A stretch of DNA of 64,000 bases. Origin: an uncultured Gemmatimonadales bacterium (GTDB lineage: Bacteria > Gemmatimonadota > Gemmatimonadetes > Gemmatimonadales > GWC2-71-9). Below are positions 9,191-17,852 of this stretch, one piece after another. The position numbers and the translations under genes were made by a program. The notes beneath the pieces are model-generated. The model had not been told where the DNA came from. It worked only from the letters and a program-made list of their open reading frames with translations, and did not search any database. The DNA is taken from positions 1,088,001 through 1,152,000 of the forward strand of contig CAVSLV010000001.1 of assembly GCA_963728915.1 (NCBI GenBank). Reading direction: 5' to 3'. How positions within the stretch are numbered: position 1 is the first letter of the stretch; each line of letters starts with the position of its first letter.

Positions 9191-10047
9191 GGATCGCGCT
9201 CGGTGAGATCACCCCAGCGAAGGCTCGCCCGCATCCGGGCGAAGTAGTCGATTTCGAACCGGACCAGGATCACGGCGGCAGCGCCGCTCTGGAGCTCGAC
9301 CCGGGCATCGGCCCCGAGCACCGTCGCCTGCTGGCCGTCGACCGAGATGAGCAGATCGTCCGGCCAGGGTCGCATCGGCTCGATGGTGATGCGCGCATCC
9401 GCGGGCACGACCACCGGTCGGACCGCCAGGGTATGGGCGCAAATCGGGGTGATCACCAGCGCATCGACATCGGGAACGATGATGGGCCCGCCGGCGGAGA
9501 GGGAGTACGCGGTGGAGCCGGTGGGCGTCGCGACCACCAACCCATCGGCGCTGTAGTTCCCGAGGTCGGCTTCGTTGATCCGGACGTGAAGACGGATGAG
9601 GCGGGCGACGCCACCCTTGTGGATCACCACGTCGTTGAGGGCGACGGGCAGGTGGGAGGTTTCATTCCGGGGCGAGAGGATGGAGCCCTGGAGGGTTCGC
9701 CGCCGTTCAGTGACGTAGCGACCTTCCGCCAGCCGGGTCAGGGCTTCCTCGGCTTGCTCGGGCATCGCCGCGGTAAGGAAGCCGACGCGTCCGAGGTTGA
9801 CGCCGAGCACCGGAACCGGCGCCCCCTGGAGCGAGCGGGCGCCCCGGAGCAGGGTTCCATCACCGCCCAGGGTGACCAGAGCATCGAGCGGCGCGGAGCC
9901 GATCGGGGGATAGTGTCTGGGCCAGTAGGGTTCGAGCGTGGGTTCGCTGAACAGCTGGAGTCCGAGCCGATCGGCGCACCGCGACATGCCGGGCAGAACC
10001 GCCTGAAGCCCGGCGTAGCGGGGATTGCCGATCACCCCGACATTCAT
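9187..10047 (-). CDS. nadK: NAD(+) kinase
   Basis: LGGDGTLL, GVNLGRVGFL, ALNDVV, ADGLVVATPTGSTAYSLSAGGP. Confidence 0.97.
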   Translation of the reverse strand: MNVGVIGNPRYAGLQAVLPGMSRCADRLGLQLFSEPTLEPYWPRHYPPIGSAPLDALVTLGGDGTLLRGARSLQGAPVPVLGVNLGRVGFLTAAMPEQAEEALTRLAEGRYVTERRRTLQGSILSPRNETSHLPVALNDVVIHKGGVARLIRLHVRINEADLGNYSADGLVVATPTGSTAYSLSAGGPIIVPDVDALVITPICAHTLAVRPVVVPADARITIEPMRPWPDDLLISVDGQQATVLGADARVELQSGAAAVILVRFEIDYFARMRASLRWGDLTERDP

Positions 10048-11963
10048 CGCGCCTCGAAACTCTCCTCGTGATGCCAGGCGGTAATCTGGGCCGCAATCCC
10101 GGAGCCGGTGAGCCGGTAGCGGCTCAGCTGTTCGGCGCGAGGGGCCTGCTCGATCAGGCGATCGGGTACGCCCAGGCAGCGGACTCGCACCTCGGGGTGA
10201 TTGTCCTGGAGCTCACGGGCGATCATCGCGCCGAACCCGTTGACGATGGTCCCCTCCTCGATCGTGACGATTTGCTTGCAGTCGTGCACGATGGACTCCA
10301 GCATCACCTGATCGTATGGCTTGAGGAACCGGCAGTTGATGACTCCCGCGTCGATCCCTTCGGCCGCGAGGCGCTCGGCGGCCTCGAGGGCGGGCAGCAC
10401 CATCGTGCCGACCGCCAGCAGGGCGATGTCCCGGCCGTGGCGCACGACTTCCCAGGTTCCGTAGGGGACCGCGGGGATACCCGCCACCGGCTGGGGATCG
10501 GCGGGCGCCTTGTCGCGCGGGTAGCGGGTGCTGAACGGACCGGCATGCGCCAGGCCGGTTCGCAGGAGTCCGACCAGCTCATCTCCATCCTTGGGGGCGG
10601 TGACCGTCATGCCGGGCACTGCGAGGAGGTAGGCGATGTCGTAGAGACCCATATGGGTCTGCCCGTCCTCTCCCACCAGTCCCGCCCGGTCCAGACAGAA
10701 CAGCACGGGGAGCTGCTGCACCGCGACATCGTGGATGATCCCGTCGTAGGCGCGCTGCAGGAAGGTGCTGTAGATCGCACAGACCGGACGCACCCCCTGG
10801 GTGGCGAGGCCGCCGGCGAAGGTGACCGCGTGCCCTTCCGCGATTCCCACGTCGAAGAACCGTTCCGGCCATTTCTTCTCGAAGATGCTGGTCCCGGTAC
10901 CGGAGGGCATCGCCGCGGTGATCACCACGAAATCCTGCTGCTCCGCGGCCAGGGCGGTGATCGCATCGCCGAACACCTGGGTCCAGGTGGGCGGGCCGCT
11001 GGCCTGCTTGCGGGGATCTCCGGTGATCGGATCGTAGGCCGCCAGGCCGTGCCATTTCTCGCGATTGGCCTCGGCCAGGGCAAACCCTTTCCCCTTTTCG
11101 GTCAGCACGTGCACCACGCGCGGCCCGGTGAGCTTCCGCACGAAGCGAAGCGTCTCCCGCAGCTTCTGCACGTCGTGGCCGTCGATCGGGCCGAAGTAGC
11201 GGAACCCCAGCTCCTCGAAGAACATTCCCTCGGAAAAGAGGTTCTTGGCGCTTTCCTCGAGGTTCTTGGCGAACTCGACCACCCGCTCGCCGAAGACGTG
11301 CCCGGCCTTGAGGGTCCAGTGCTTGACGTGCTCCCGCATCCGGTTGGTGAACGGGCTCGCGACGATCCGGCCCAGGGTCTTGCTGATGGCGCCGACGTTG
11401 GGAGAGATCGACATCCCGTTGTCGTTCACGATCAGGATGACGTCCCGATCGGAGTGGCCCGCGTTGTTCATCCCCTCGTAGGAGAGGCCACAGGTCAGGG
11501 CCCCGTCTCCCACCACCGCGACGACCTTGTAGTCCTCGCCCTGGAGGTCGCGCGCCGTCGCCATGCCGAGGGCGGCGGACATGGCGGTTCCGGCGTGTCC
11601 CGCCCCGAACTGATCGTGGGGACTCTCGGTCCGGCGGAGAAACCCGGAAATCCCCCCGGTCTGGCGGAGGGTCTCGAACTGCGGGTTACGCCCGGTCAGC
11701 AGCTTCCAGGCATAGGCCTGGTGGCCCACGTCCCAGACGATCTTGTCGTGGGGGGAATCGAATTCGTAGAGCAGCGCGATCGCCAGCTCGACCACCCCGA
11801 GGCTCGCCCCGATGTGCCCCCCGGTGACCGAGCAGGCCGCGATCAGGCGGTCCCGGATCTCCTGCGCCAGAACGGGAAGCTGGTCGGGGGTGAGGCGTTT
11901 CAGATCCTGCGGGGAGGCGATCCCTTCGAGCAGAGCCATCCGGTTCCCGGAAGGAGAAGTCAT
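10044..11963 (-). CDS. dxs: 1-deoxy-D-xylulose-5-phosphate synthase
   Basis: GGHIGASLGVVEL, WDVGHQAY, GDGALTCG, NDNGMSIS, FDVGIAEGHAV. Start at ATG 11963 (coupled to the ispA stop) or 11939. Confidence 0.97.
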   Translation of the reverse strand: MTSPSGNRMALLEGIASPQDLKRLTPDQLPVLAQEIRDRLIAACSVTGGHIGASLGVVELAIALLYEFDSPHDKIVWDVGHQAYAWKLLTGRNPQFETLRQTGGISGFLRRTESPHDQFGAGHAGTAMSAALGMATARDLQGEDYKVVAVVGDGALTCGLSYEGMNNAGHSDRDVILIVNDNGMSISPNVGAISKTLGRIVASPFTNRMREHVKHWTLKAGHVFGERVVEFAKNLEESAKNLFSEGMFFEELGFRYFGPIDGHDVQKLRETLRFVRKLTGPRVVHVLTEKGKGFALAEANREKWHGLAAYDPITGDPRKQASGPPTWTQVFGDAITALAAEQQDFVVITAAMPSGTGTSIFEKKWPERFFDVGIAEGHAVTFAGGLATQGVRPVCAIYSTFLQRAYDGIIHDVAVQQLPVLFCLDRAGLVGEDGQTHMGLYDIAYLLAVPGMTVTAPKDGDELVGLLRTGLAHAGPFSTRYPRDKAPADPQPVAGIPAVPYGTWEVVRHGRDIALLAVGTMVLPALEAAERLAAEGIDAGVINCRFLKPYDQVMLESIVHDCKQIVTIEEGTIVNGFGAMIARELQDNHPEVRVRCLGVPDRLIEQAPRAEQLSRYRLTGSGIAAQITAWHHEESFEAR

Positions 11964-12871
11964 CAGGAGCGTCGCTCCACAATATAATCGGCGAGGGTGT
12001 CGAGGGCCGGGCTGGCGAGGCCGCCCGACCGTAACACGCTCCGCGCGGCCGCTCCATGGCGGCGCGCCTCCGCTCGCGCCGCCGCGATGCCGAGGAGACT
12101 GACGTAGGTCGCTTTGGCGAGGGTCGCGTCCCGCCCCGCCGTCTTCCCGAGCTGCTCGCTGGTGCCGGTCGCGTCGAGCAGGTCGTCGGCGATCTGGAAA
12201 GCGATTCCGACCTCGCGCCCATATTCGGAGAGCATGGCCAGCATGCCGGGATCGGCACCGGCCGCGAGCCCTCCCAGGCAGCAGGCGGCTTCGATGAGCG
12301 CGCCGGTCTTGCGGCGGTGAATCCCGGCGAGGTCCGGCAGGGCCAGCGGCGTCCCCTCCGCGCTGAGATCCATCCACTGCCCGGCGATCATGCCGCGGAT
12401 CCCCCCCGCCTCGAGCAGCCGTTCCGCCACCCCGGCGATGGTGGAGGAAGGAAGACCGAGCTCCCCTAACCCGGAGACCAGCTCCTGAACCGCCACCGGG
12501 ACCAGCAGGAAGCCCGCCCGGGTCGCCGTCGCCACATCGAAGCGAACGTGCAGGGTGGGCCGGCCTCGCCGCTGGCTGTCATCGTCCATGCACGGGAGAT
12601 CGTCGTGCACCAGCGAATAGGTGTGGACGATCTCCACCGCCGCGGCGACGCCGGCGATGCCGGGATGGTCGCCCCCCGCGGCCCGATAGGCGGCGAGGAG
12701 CAGGGCGGGCCTGACCCGCTTGCCGGGAGCCTCCAGGGCATAGCCGAGCGATTCGCCGCTTCGTCCGCCCGGGACAGCCCGGAGCAAGGTGGCCCGCCGC
12801 GCCAATCGGGCGTCCACCATGGCCCGGGCTTCAGAGAGGATTTCCTCCGCGGTGAGCTCCAGGGGGGCCAT
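11963..12871 (-). CDS. ispA: Polyprenyl (farnesyl/geranylgeranyl) diphosphate synthase
   Basis: GKRVRP, HTYSLVHDDLPCMDDD..RRG, KTGAL, FQIADDLLD. Confidence 0.95.
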   Translation of the reverse strand: MAPLELTAEEILSEARAMVDARLARRATLLRAVPGGRSGESLGYALEAPGKRVRPALLLAAYRAAGGDHPGIAGVAAAVEIVHTYSLVHDDLPCMDDDSQRRGRPTLHVRFDVATATRAGFLLVPVAVQELVSGLGELGLPSSTIAGVAERLLEAGGIRGMIAGQWMDLSAEGTPLALPDLAGIHRRKTGALIEAACCLGGLAAGADPGMLAMLSEYGREVGIAFQIADDLLDATGTSEQLGKTAGRDATLAKATYVSLLGIAAARAEARRHGAAARSVLRSGGLASPALDTLADYIVERRS

Positions 12872-12922
12872 TCCCTAACCTAAGCCCTCGCCGACGCGTC
12901 GCGCTGGACTATCTTGGCCTCG

Positions 12923-13384
12923 ATGTCCACCCATACCGCCACGATCAGCTGGAACCGGGGAGCGGCAGTGTTCACCGATCGCCAATACAGCCGGGCCCAT
13001 GCCTGGCAATTCGACGGCGGAGCGATCGTGCCTGCCTCGGCCTCTCCGCATGCCGTGCCGGTTCCCCGGTCCGATCCCGCCGGGGTCGATCCCGAGGAAG
13101 CGTTTGTCGCGGCCCTCTCGAGCTGCCACATGTTGTGGTTTCTGGACCTGGCGGCCCGGGCCGGCCTCGTGGTGGATTCGTATCGAGACGAAGCGATGGG
13201 GACGCTGGCAAAGGACGCGGAAGGGCGAAACGCGATGACCGAAGTGGTCCTTCGCCCCGACGTGCGGTTCGCACCAGGGGTCCCCCCGGACGCCGGGCAA
13301 CTCCAGGCGCTGCACCACAAGGCCCACCAGCTCTGCTACATCGCCAACTCGGTCCGCACCGGGGTCCGGGTCGAGCCGGTCTAG
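12923..13384 (+). CDS. OsmC/Ohr family protein
   Basis: YSRAHAWQFDGG, DPEEAFVAALSSCHMLWFL, HQLCYIANSV (two conserved Cys). ATG at 12923. Confidence 0.92.
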   Translation: MSTHTATISWNRGAAVFTDRQYSRAHAWQFDGGAIVPASASPHAVPVPRSDPAGVDPEEAFVAALSSCHMLWFLDLAARAGLVVDSYRDEAMGTLAKDAEGRNAMTEVVLRPDVRFAPGVPPDAGQLQALHHKAHQLCYIANSVRTGVRVEPV

Positions 13385-13596
13385 TCGGTGAGATTCTTGA
13401 GGCGGATTTCCCCCCCGGCCTCTTCCAGCACTTTCTGAATCCGAAGCTCCGCTGCGGCCAGGCTCTCTCTCGCGGCCCGAAGCCGGGTAATGCCCTCCTC
13501 GAACAGGGTGAGGGCGCGATCGAGGTCCGGGTCTTCCGACTCGAGCTGGCGAACGATTTCCTCGAGGCGGCGCAACTCCTCGGACAGGGAGGTCAT
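13381..13596 (-). CDS. xseB: Exodeoxyribonuclease VII small subunit
   Basis: LRRLEEIVRQLE..DLDRALTLFEEG...L..AELRI; follows xseA. Confidence 0.93.
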   Translation of the reverse strand: MTSLSEELRRLEEIVRQLESEDPDLDRALTLFEEGITRLRAARESLAAAELRIQKVLEEAGGEIRLKNLTD

Positions 13597-14765
13597 GCGC
13601 CCTCGCTGGTCGCGCCCAGGTCGCCATCCCCGACCCGCAGAGAAAAGCGGGTTCCCGATGGGAGCTGGTCTCGACGGCGAACCACGGTGCCGTCGCCCAG
13701 TCGCGCGACGCTGTAGCCCCGCGCCAGAACCCGGAGCGGGCTCAGAGCCTCGAGTTGCGCGGCCAGTCGCTCGACCTGCCTGCCAGGCTCCGTGAGCCGG
13801 CCACGAATCGCGCCCTTGATCCGGTCATCGCTCCGGTCGAGCCGGGCCGCGATGAGTTCGGTCCGGCGATGGAGACCCCGAGCGAGGCGGGTTCCCAGTC
13901 CGTCGACATTCCTGAGCCAAGCCTCCCGGTCGGGAAGAGCCATCTCCATGGCCGCCGAGGGAGTGGGGGCCCTGCGATCAGCCACGAAATCCGTCAGGGT
14001 CACGTCGGTTTCGTGTCCCACTGCGGAGATACTCGGAACTTGAAGAGCCGCAACGGCACGGCAAACCCTCTCGTCATCGAACGCACCAAGGTCGTCCCTG
14101 GCTCCGCCGCCCCGGCCGATCACACACAGGTCAACCCCGCTCAGCTGATTGACCAGCCCCAGGGCGCGGACCAGCGCCTTGGGGGCCTCCTCGCCTTGCA
14201 CCTTGGCGGCCACCACCAGGAGCAGGACGGATGGCCAGCGTCGGCGGGCCACGTTGATCATGTCGTGGAGTGCCGCCCCGTCCTGACTCGTGACGATGGC
14301 CACCCCAGAGGGGAATTCGGGGAGCTCTCTCTTTCTGGTGGGGTCGAGCAGGCCGTCACGCTCGAGCGCGGCACGAACCCTCTCGCGGCCGAGCTGCTGG
14401 AGCCCGATTCCCGCGCTGGGAAGCAGGACCACAGCCCGAAGCCTGAGCTCTCCGCGGGCCTCCCAGATCGTCGGAGTTCCCAGAACGTAGACCTCGGTTC
14501 CCTCGGTTGGTGTGCTCTTGGCCCTGGCGCTGTAGGTTTTCCACATCACACAACTAACAGAGCTATCGCCATCGCGTAAAGTGAAGTACCAATGGCCACT
14601 TCCATGAATCTTGAAAGAACTCACTTCACCCCTTACCCAGACCTGTCCAACGACCGATTCGACCGCTCCACGGAGCGTAGTCACGAGCTCGGAAACGGAG
14701 AGCGCCTTGGGGGTCGCGCGGGACTCCTGGGCCGGATCGGATTCGTCGAAGAGGGTGGGGCTCAC
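13593..14765 (-). CDS. xseA: Exodeoxyribonuclease VII large subunit
   Basis: VWVRGEVS, SGHWYFTLRD, VTSQDGAALHD, GRGGG..DL..FDDE, SAVGHETD, RAPTPSAA. GTG start at 14765 overlaps the folD stop. Confidence 0.95.
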   Translation of the reverse strand: MSPTLFDESDPAQESRATPKALSVSELVTTLRGAVESVVGQVWVRGEVSSFKIHGSGHWYFTLRDGDSSVSCVMWKTYSARAKSTPTEGTEVYVLGTPTIWEARGELRLRAVVLLPSAGIGLQQLGRERVRAALERDGLLDPTRKRELPEFPSGVAIVTSQDGAALHDMINVARRRWPSVLLLVVAAKVQGEEAPKALVRALGLVNQLSGVDLCVIGRGGGARDDLGAFDDERVCRAVAALQVPSISAVGHETDVTLTDFVADRRAPTPSAAMEMALPDREAWLRNVDGLGTRLARGLHRRTELIAARLDRSDDRIKGAIRGRLTEPGRQVERLAAQLEALSPLRVLARGYSVARLGDGTVVRRRDQLPSGTRFSLRVGDGDLGATSEGA

Positions 14766-15640
14766 TGATTCCTGGCAGCCTGCAGCGTATTCATGAGGAG
14801 CATGGCAATGGTCATCTTCCCCACCCCGCCCGGAACCGGGGTAATCGCTCCGGCGACTTCCGAGACCGGACCGTAGTCCACGTCTCCGACGATGACATAC
14901 CCCTTGGGATGTCCCGGATCGGCCACCCGGTTGATTCCGACGTCGATCACCACCGCCTCTGGACCGACCATGTCCCTGGTCACGAACCGGGGCTTGCCGA
15001 TCGCCACAACCAGGATGTTGGCGGTTCTGGTGATGGACGGAAGATCCCGGGAGCGGGAATGGCACACCGTGACCGTGGCGTTCCCGCCAGGGCCATCGAG
15101 GAGGAACAGGCTGGCCATCGGCTTCCCGACGATGTTGGAGCGCCCCACGATGACCGCATGGGCGCCTTTGGTCTCGATGCCGCTGCGCACCAGCATCTGC
15201 TGGACCCCGAAAGGGGTCGCCGGGCGAAAGGCGGTCAGGTCGCCGACCGACAGCTTGCCGACGTTCATCGGATGGAAGCCATCGACATCCTTCTGGGGGG
15301 CGATCCGAAGCAGGACCCGCTCGCTATCGATGTGCTTGGGCAGGGGAAGCTGCACTAGAAAGCCATGGATTCTCGGGTCGCTGTTGAGCCGGTCCACCGT
15401 GGCGAGGAGCTCCGCCTCGCCGGTGGTTGCCGGCAGCCGGACAGTTTCAGAATACATCCCGGCTTCGTGACAGGCCTGGCCCTTTGCCTTGACATAGACC
15501 TGGCTCGCCGGATCCTCGCCCACCAGCACCACCGCGAGCCCCGGGGTTGTCCCTTCCCCGATCAGCGCGGCCGTGTCCCGTGCAATCTCGTCGCGGATCT
15601 CCCGGGCGATCGCGGTCCCGTCCAGGATCCGGGCACTCAT
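14762..15640 (-). CDS. folD: Methylenetetrahydrofolate dehydrogenase/cyclohydrolase
   Basis: PGLAVVLVGEDPASQVYV, VQLPLP, KDVDGFHP, GRSNIVGKP, TPVPGGVG. Confidence 0.97.
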   Translation of the reverse strand: MSARILDGTAIAREIRDEIARDTAALIGEGTTPGLAVVLVGEDPASQVYVKAKGQACHEAGMYSETVRLPATTGEAELLATVDRLNSDPRIHGFLVQLPLPKHIDSERVLLRIAPQKDVDGFHPMNVGKLSVGDLTAFRPATPFGVQQMLVRSGIETKGAHAVIVGRSNIVGKPMASLFLLDGPGGNATVTVCHSRSRDLPSITRTANILVVAIGKPRFVTRDMVGPEAVVIDVGINRVADPGHPKGYVIVGDVDYGPVSEVAGAITPVPGGVGKMTIAMLLMNTLQAARNQ

Positions 15641-17217
15641 TTGGCGACTCCGACGGCCCGGGTTTCCCGGATCACCGTGACCTTGATCTGGCCCGGGTAC
15701 TGGAGCTCTCCCTCGATACGCCGGGCGATCGCCTCGGCCAGCTCCTGCGCCTTACCGTCATCGATCCGCTCGGGGACGACGATGACCCGCACCTCCCGGC
15801 CGGCCTGAATCACATTGGCCTTCTCGACGCCGTCGAACCCCAGCGAGATCTCCTCGAGCTTGGTGAGCCGCTTCACATAGGTCTCGAACGCCTCGCGGCG
15901 AGCGCCGGGACGCGCACCGCTGATCGCGTCGGCCGCCTGCACCAGCACCGACTCGGTCGTTTCGTGGGGCACGTCATCGTGGTGGGCGGCGATGCAACCG
16001 ATCACCGCCGCGCTCTCGCGGTATTTCCTGGCCACCTCGACGCCCAGTTCGACGTGGGTTCCCTCGTTGTCGTGGGTCAGCACCTTCCCGACATCGTGGA
16101 GCAGGCCACCCCGCTTGGCGAGCGCCACGTCGAGGTGCAGCTCGGCTGCCATCATCCCCGCGAGCCAGGAAACCTCCTTGGAGTGCTCGTAGATGTTCTG
16201 GCCGTAGCTGGTCCGATATCGCATCCGGCCGATCAGCTTGATCATTTCGGGATGGAGGCCGTGAATCCCGGTCTCGTAGGCCGCCTGCTCGCCAAGCTCC
16301 ACCAGCTGGGCCTCGAGCTCGGCTTGCACCTTTCGGATGATTTCCTCGATCCGTCCCGGGTGAATCCGGCCGTCGGTGATCAGGGCCTCGAGCGCCCGCC
16401 GCCCGATTTCGCGGCGGATCGGATCGAAACAGGAGACCACCACGGTGTCGGGAGTGTCATCGATGATCAAGTCGACGCCGGTGGCCTGTTCGAACGCCCG
16501 GATGTTGCGGCCTTCCCGGCCGATGATCCGCCCTTTCATCTCATCGCTCGGGAGGGCAACCGAGGAGACCGTCGTCTCCGCGGTGTGCTCGGCGGCCAAC
16601 CGCTGGGTGGCGAGGGCGATGATCTTCCTGGCATCCCGCTCGGCCTCACGCTTGGCCTGCTCGCGGATCTCCCGGGCCAACGCGGCAGCCCCGGCCCGGC
16701 TTTCATCCTCGACCCTCTGGAACAGCTCCCGCCGGGCATCTTCCGCCGTCAGTCCGGCGATCCGCTCCAGGCGGACCTGTTGTTCGCGGAAGGCGCCCTC
16801 GATCTGACTCTCCCGCGCCTTGAGCGCGCCTTCCTTCTGGGAGAGGGCGTCGACCTTCCCGGTGAGGGAGCGCTCCTGCTGGGAAACCTGCTCGGTGCGG
16901 CGGGACAACTCTCGTTCCCGTTCTTCACTGCGGCGCTCGCTGCGATCGGCCTCTTCCCGGCGACGCCCCAGATCCCGCTCCGACTCCTCCCGCTGGCGCA
17001 ATACCTCCATGCGGCCTTCGAGAAGCGCCGCCGCCTTGGCCTGTTCCCCTTCATGGGCGGCGGCATTCAGGGTCGCGAGCGCCCTGGACTCGGCGTCCGC
17101 AATCAGGGTCGCCGCGTCGCGACGGCGCGCCTTGAGATAGACATAGGCGATGGCGAGACAGAGGGGCACTCCGGCAACGAGCCCGCCCAGGAGGGCGAGC
17201 AGGACCGTCGGGGTCAT
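15637..17217 (-). CDS. rny: Ribonuclease Y
   Basis: N-terminal TM, coiled coil, KH domain (MKGRIIGREGRNIR), HD domain (LLHDVGK), AADAISGARPGARRE. Confidence 0.97.
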   Translation of the reverse strand: MTPTVLLALLGGLVAGVPLCLAIAYVYLKARRRDAATLIADAESRALATLNAAAHEGEQAKAAALLEGRMEVLRQREESERDLGRRREEADRSERRSEERERELSRRTEQVSQQERSLTGKVDALSQKEGALKARESQIEGAFREQQVRLERIAGLTAEDARRELFQRVEDESRAGAAALAREIREQAKREAERDARKIIALATQRLAAEHTAETTVSSVALPSDEMKGRIIGREGRNIRAFEQATGVDLIIDDTPDTVVVSCFDPIRREIGRRALEALITDGRIHPGRIEEIIRKVQAELEAQLVELGEQAAYETGIHGLHPEMIKLIGRMRYRTSYGQNIYEHSKEVSWLAGMMAAELHLDVALAKRGGLLHDVGKVLTHDNEGTHVELGVEVARKYRESAAVIGCIAAHHDDVPHETTESVLVQAADAISGARPGARREAFETYVKRLTKLEEISLGFDGVEKANVIQAGREVRVIVVPERIDDGKAQELAEAIARRIEGELQYPGQIKVTVIRETRAVGVAK

Positions 17218-17271
17218 GATGTATCTCCGCACGCGGACGAAGCCGCGGGAAGGTCCGTCGGCTCGGGGGAA

Positions 17272-17592
17272 TCAGCCCCCTTTAGTCTTGCCGCTCCCGC
17301 TCTTGGTGGCGGGCACCAGCTTGGCCAGCCGATCTCTCATCGCGCGGAGCCGGGCGGAATCCGCTGCTCCCGGAGCCTTCGCGCGGGCCTGGAACAACTC
17401 ATCGGTCACGGCGAGCCCAGCGAGCAGAGCCGCCCGATGCACATCGACTGCCGGACCGGCGCTCCGGAATCGCGCCAGGATCGTTTCGAAGTACGCCGCG
17501 ACCTCGCGGGTGTATTCGGGGGAATGCTCCGAGCTGATGCTCAGCTCGGTCCCCCCCAGGGTGATCTTGACCGAATGACGCTCGCGGCTCAC
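17272..17592 (-). CDS. zapA: Cell division protein ZapA
   Basis: SVKITLGGTELSI...REVAAYF...AALLAGLAVTDELF; pheT-x-zapA-rny context. Confidence 0.85.
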   Translation of the reverse strand: MSRERHSVKITLGGTELSISSEHSPEYTREVAAYFETILARFRSAGPAVDVHRAALLAGLAVTDELFQARAKAPGAADSARLRAMRDRLAKLVPATKSGSGKTKGG

Positions 17593-17852
17593 GAGGATTC
17601 TCCGCGGTCCTCGATGAACCGGAGCCGGGTCTGCAACTGATGGGTCATTTCCTTGGCGGCGCTGATCCGTTGCCGCAGCAGGCGATTCTCCAGCTCGAGC
17701 TGTTCGAGGCGCTGCCGTGATTCGCGGTCCGGAGTCCCTTTCGAAGGTCCGCCGCGAGTTCGAAGCCCCTGGAGCTCGGCTTCCACCGCGTCCAGCAATC
17801 GCTCGAGCTCGTCGAGCAGAACCGGCTCAGCTCGCGCGCGGGGAGACGTCAA
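17589..17852 (-). CDS. Small coiled-coil protein (ZapB-like)
   Basis: Heptad-rich LEQLELENRLLRQRI; lies between pheT and zapA. Start uncertain (TTG overlapping the pheT end). Confidence 0.65.
   Translation of the reverse strand: MTSPRARAEPVLLDELERLLDAVEAELQGLRTRGGPSKGTPDRESRQRLEQLELENRLLRQRISAAKEMTHQLQTRLRFIEDRGESS

Noticed and set aside
17218..17271. 6S RNA downstream of zapA
   Set aside because: The gap is only 54 nt, far too short for ssrS.
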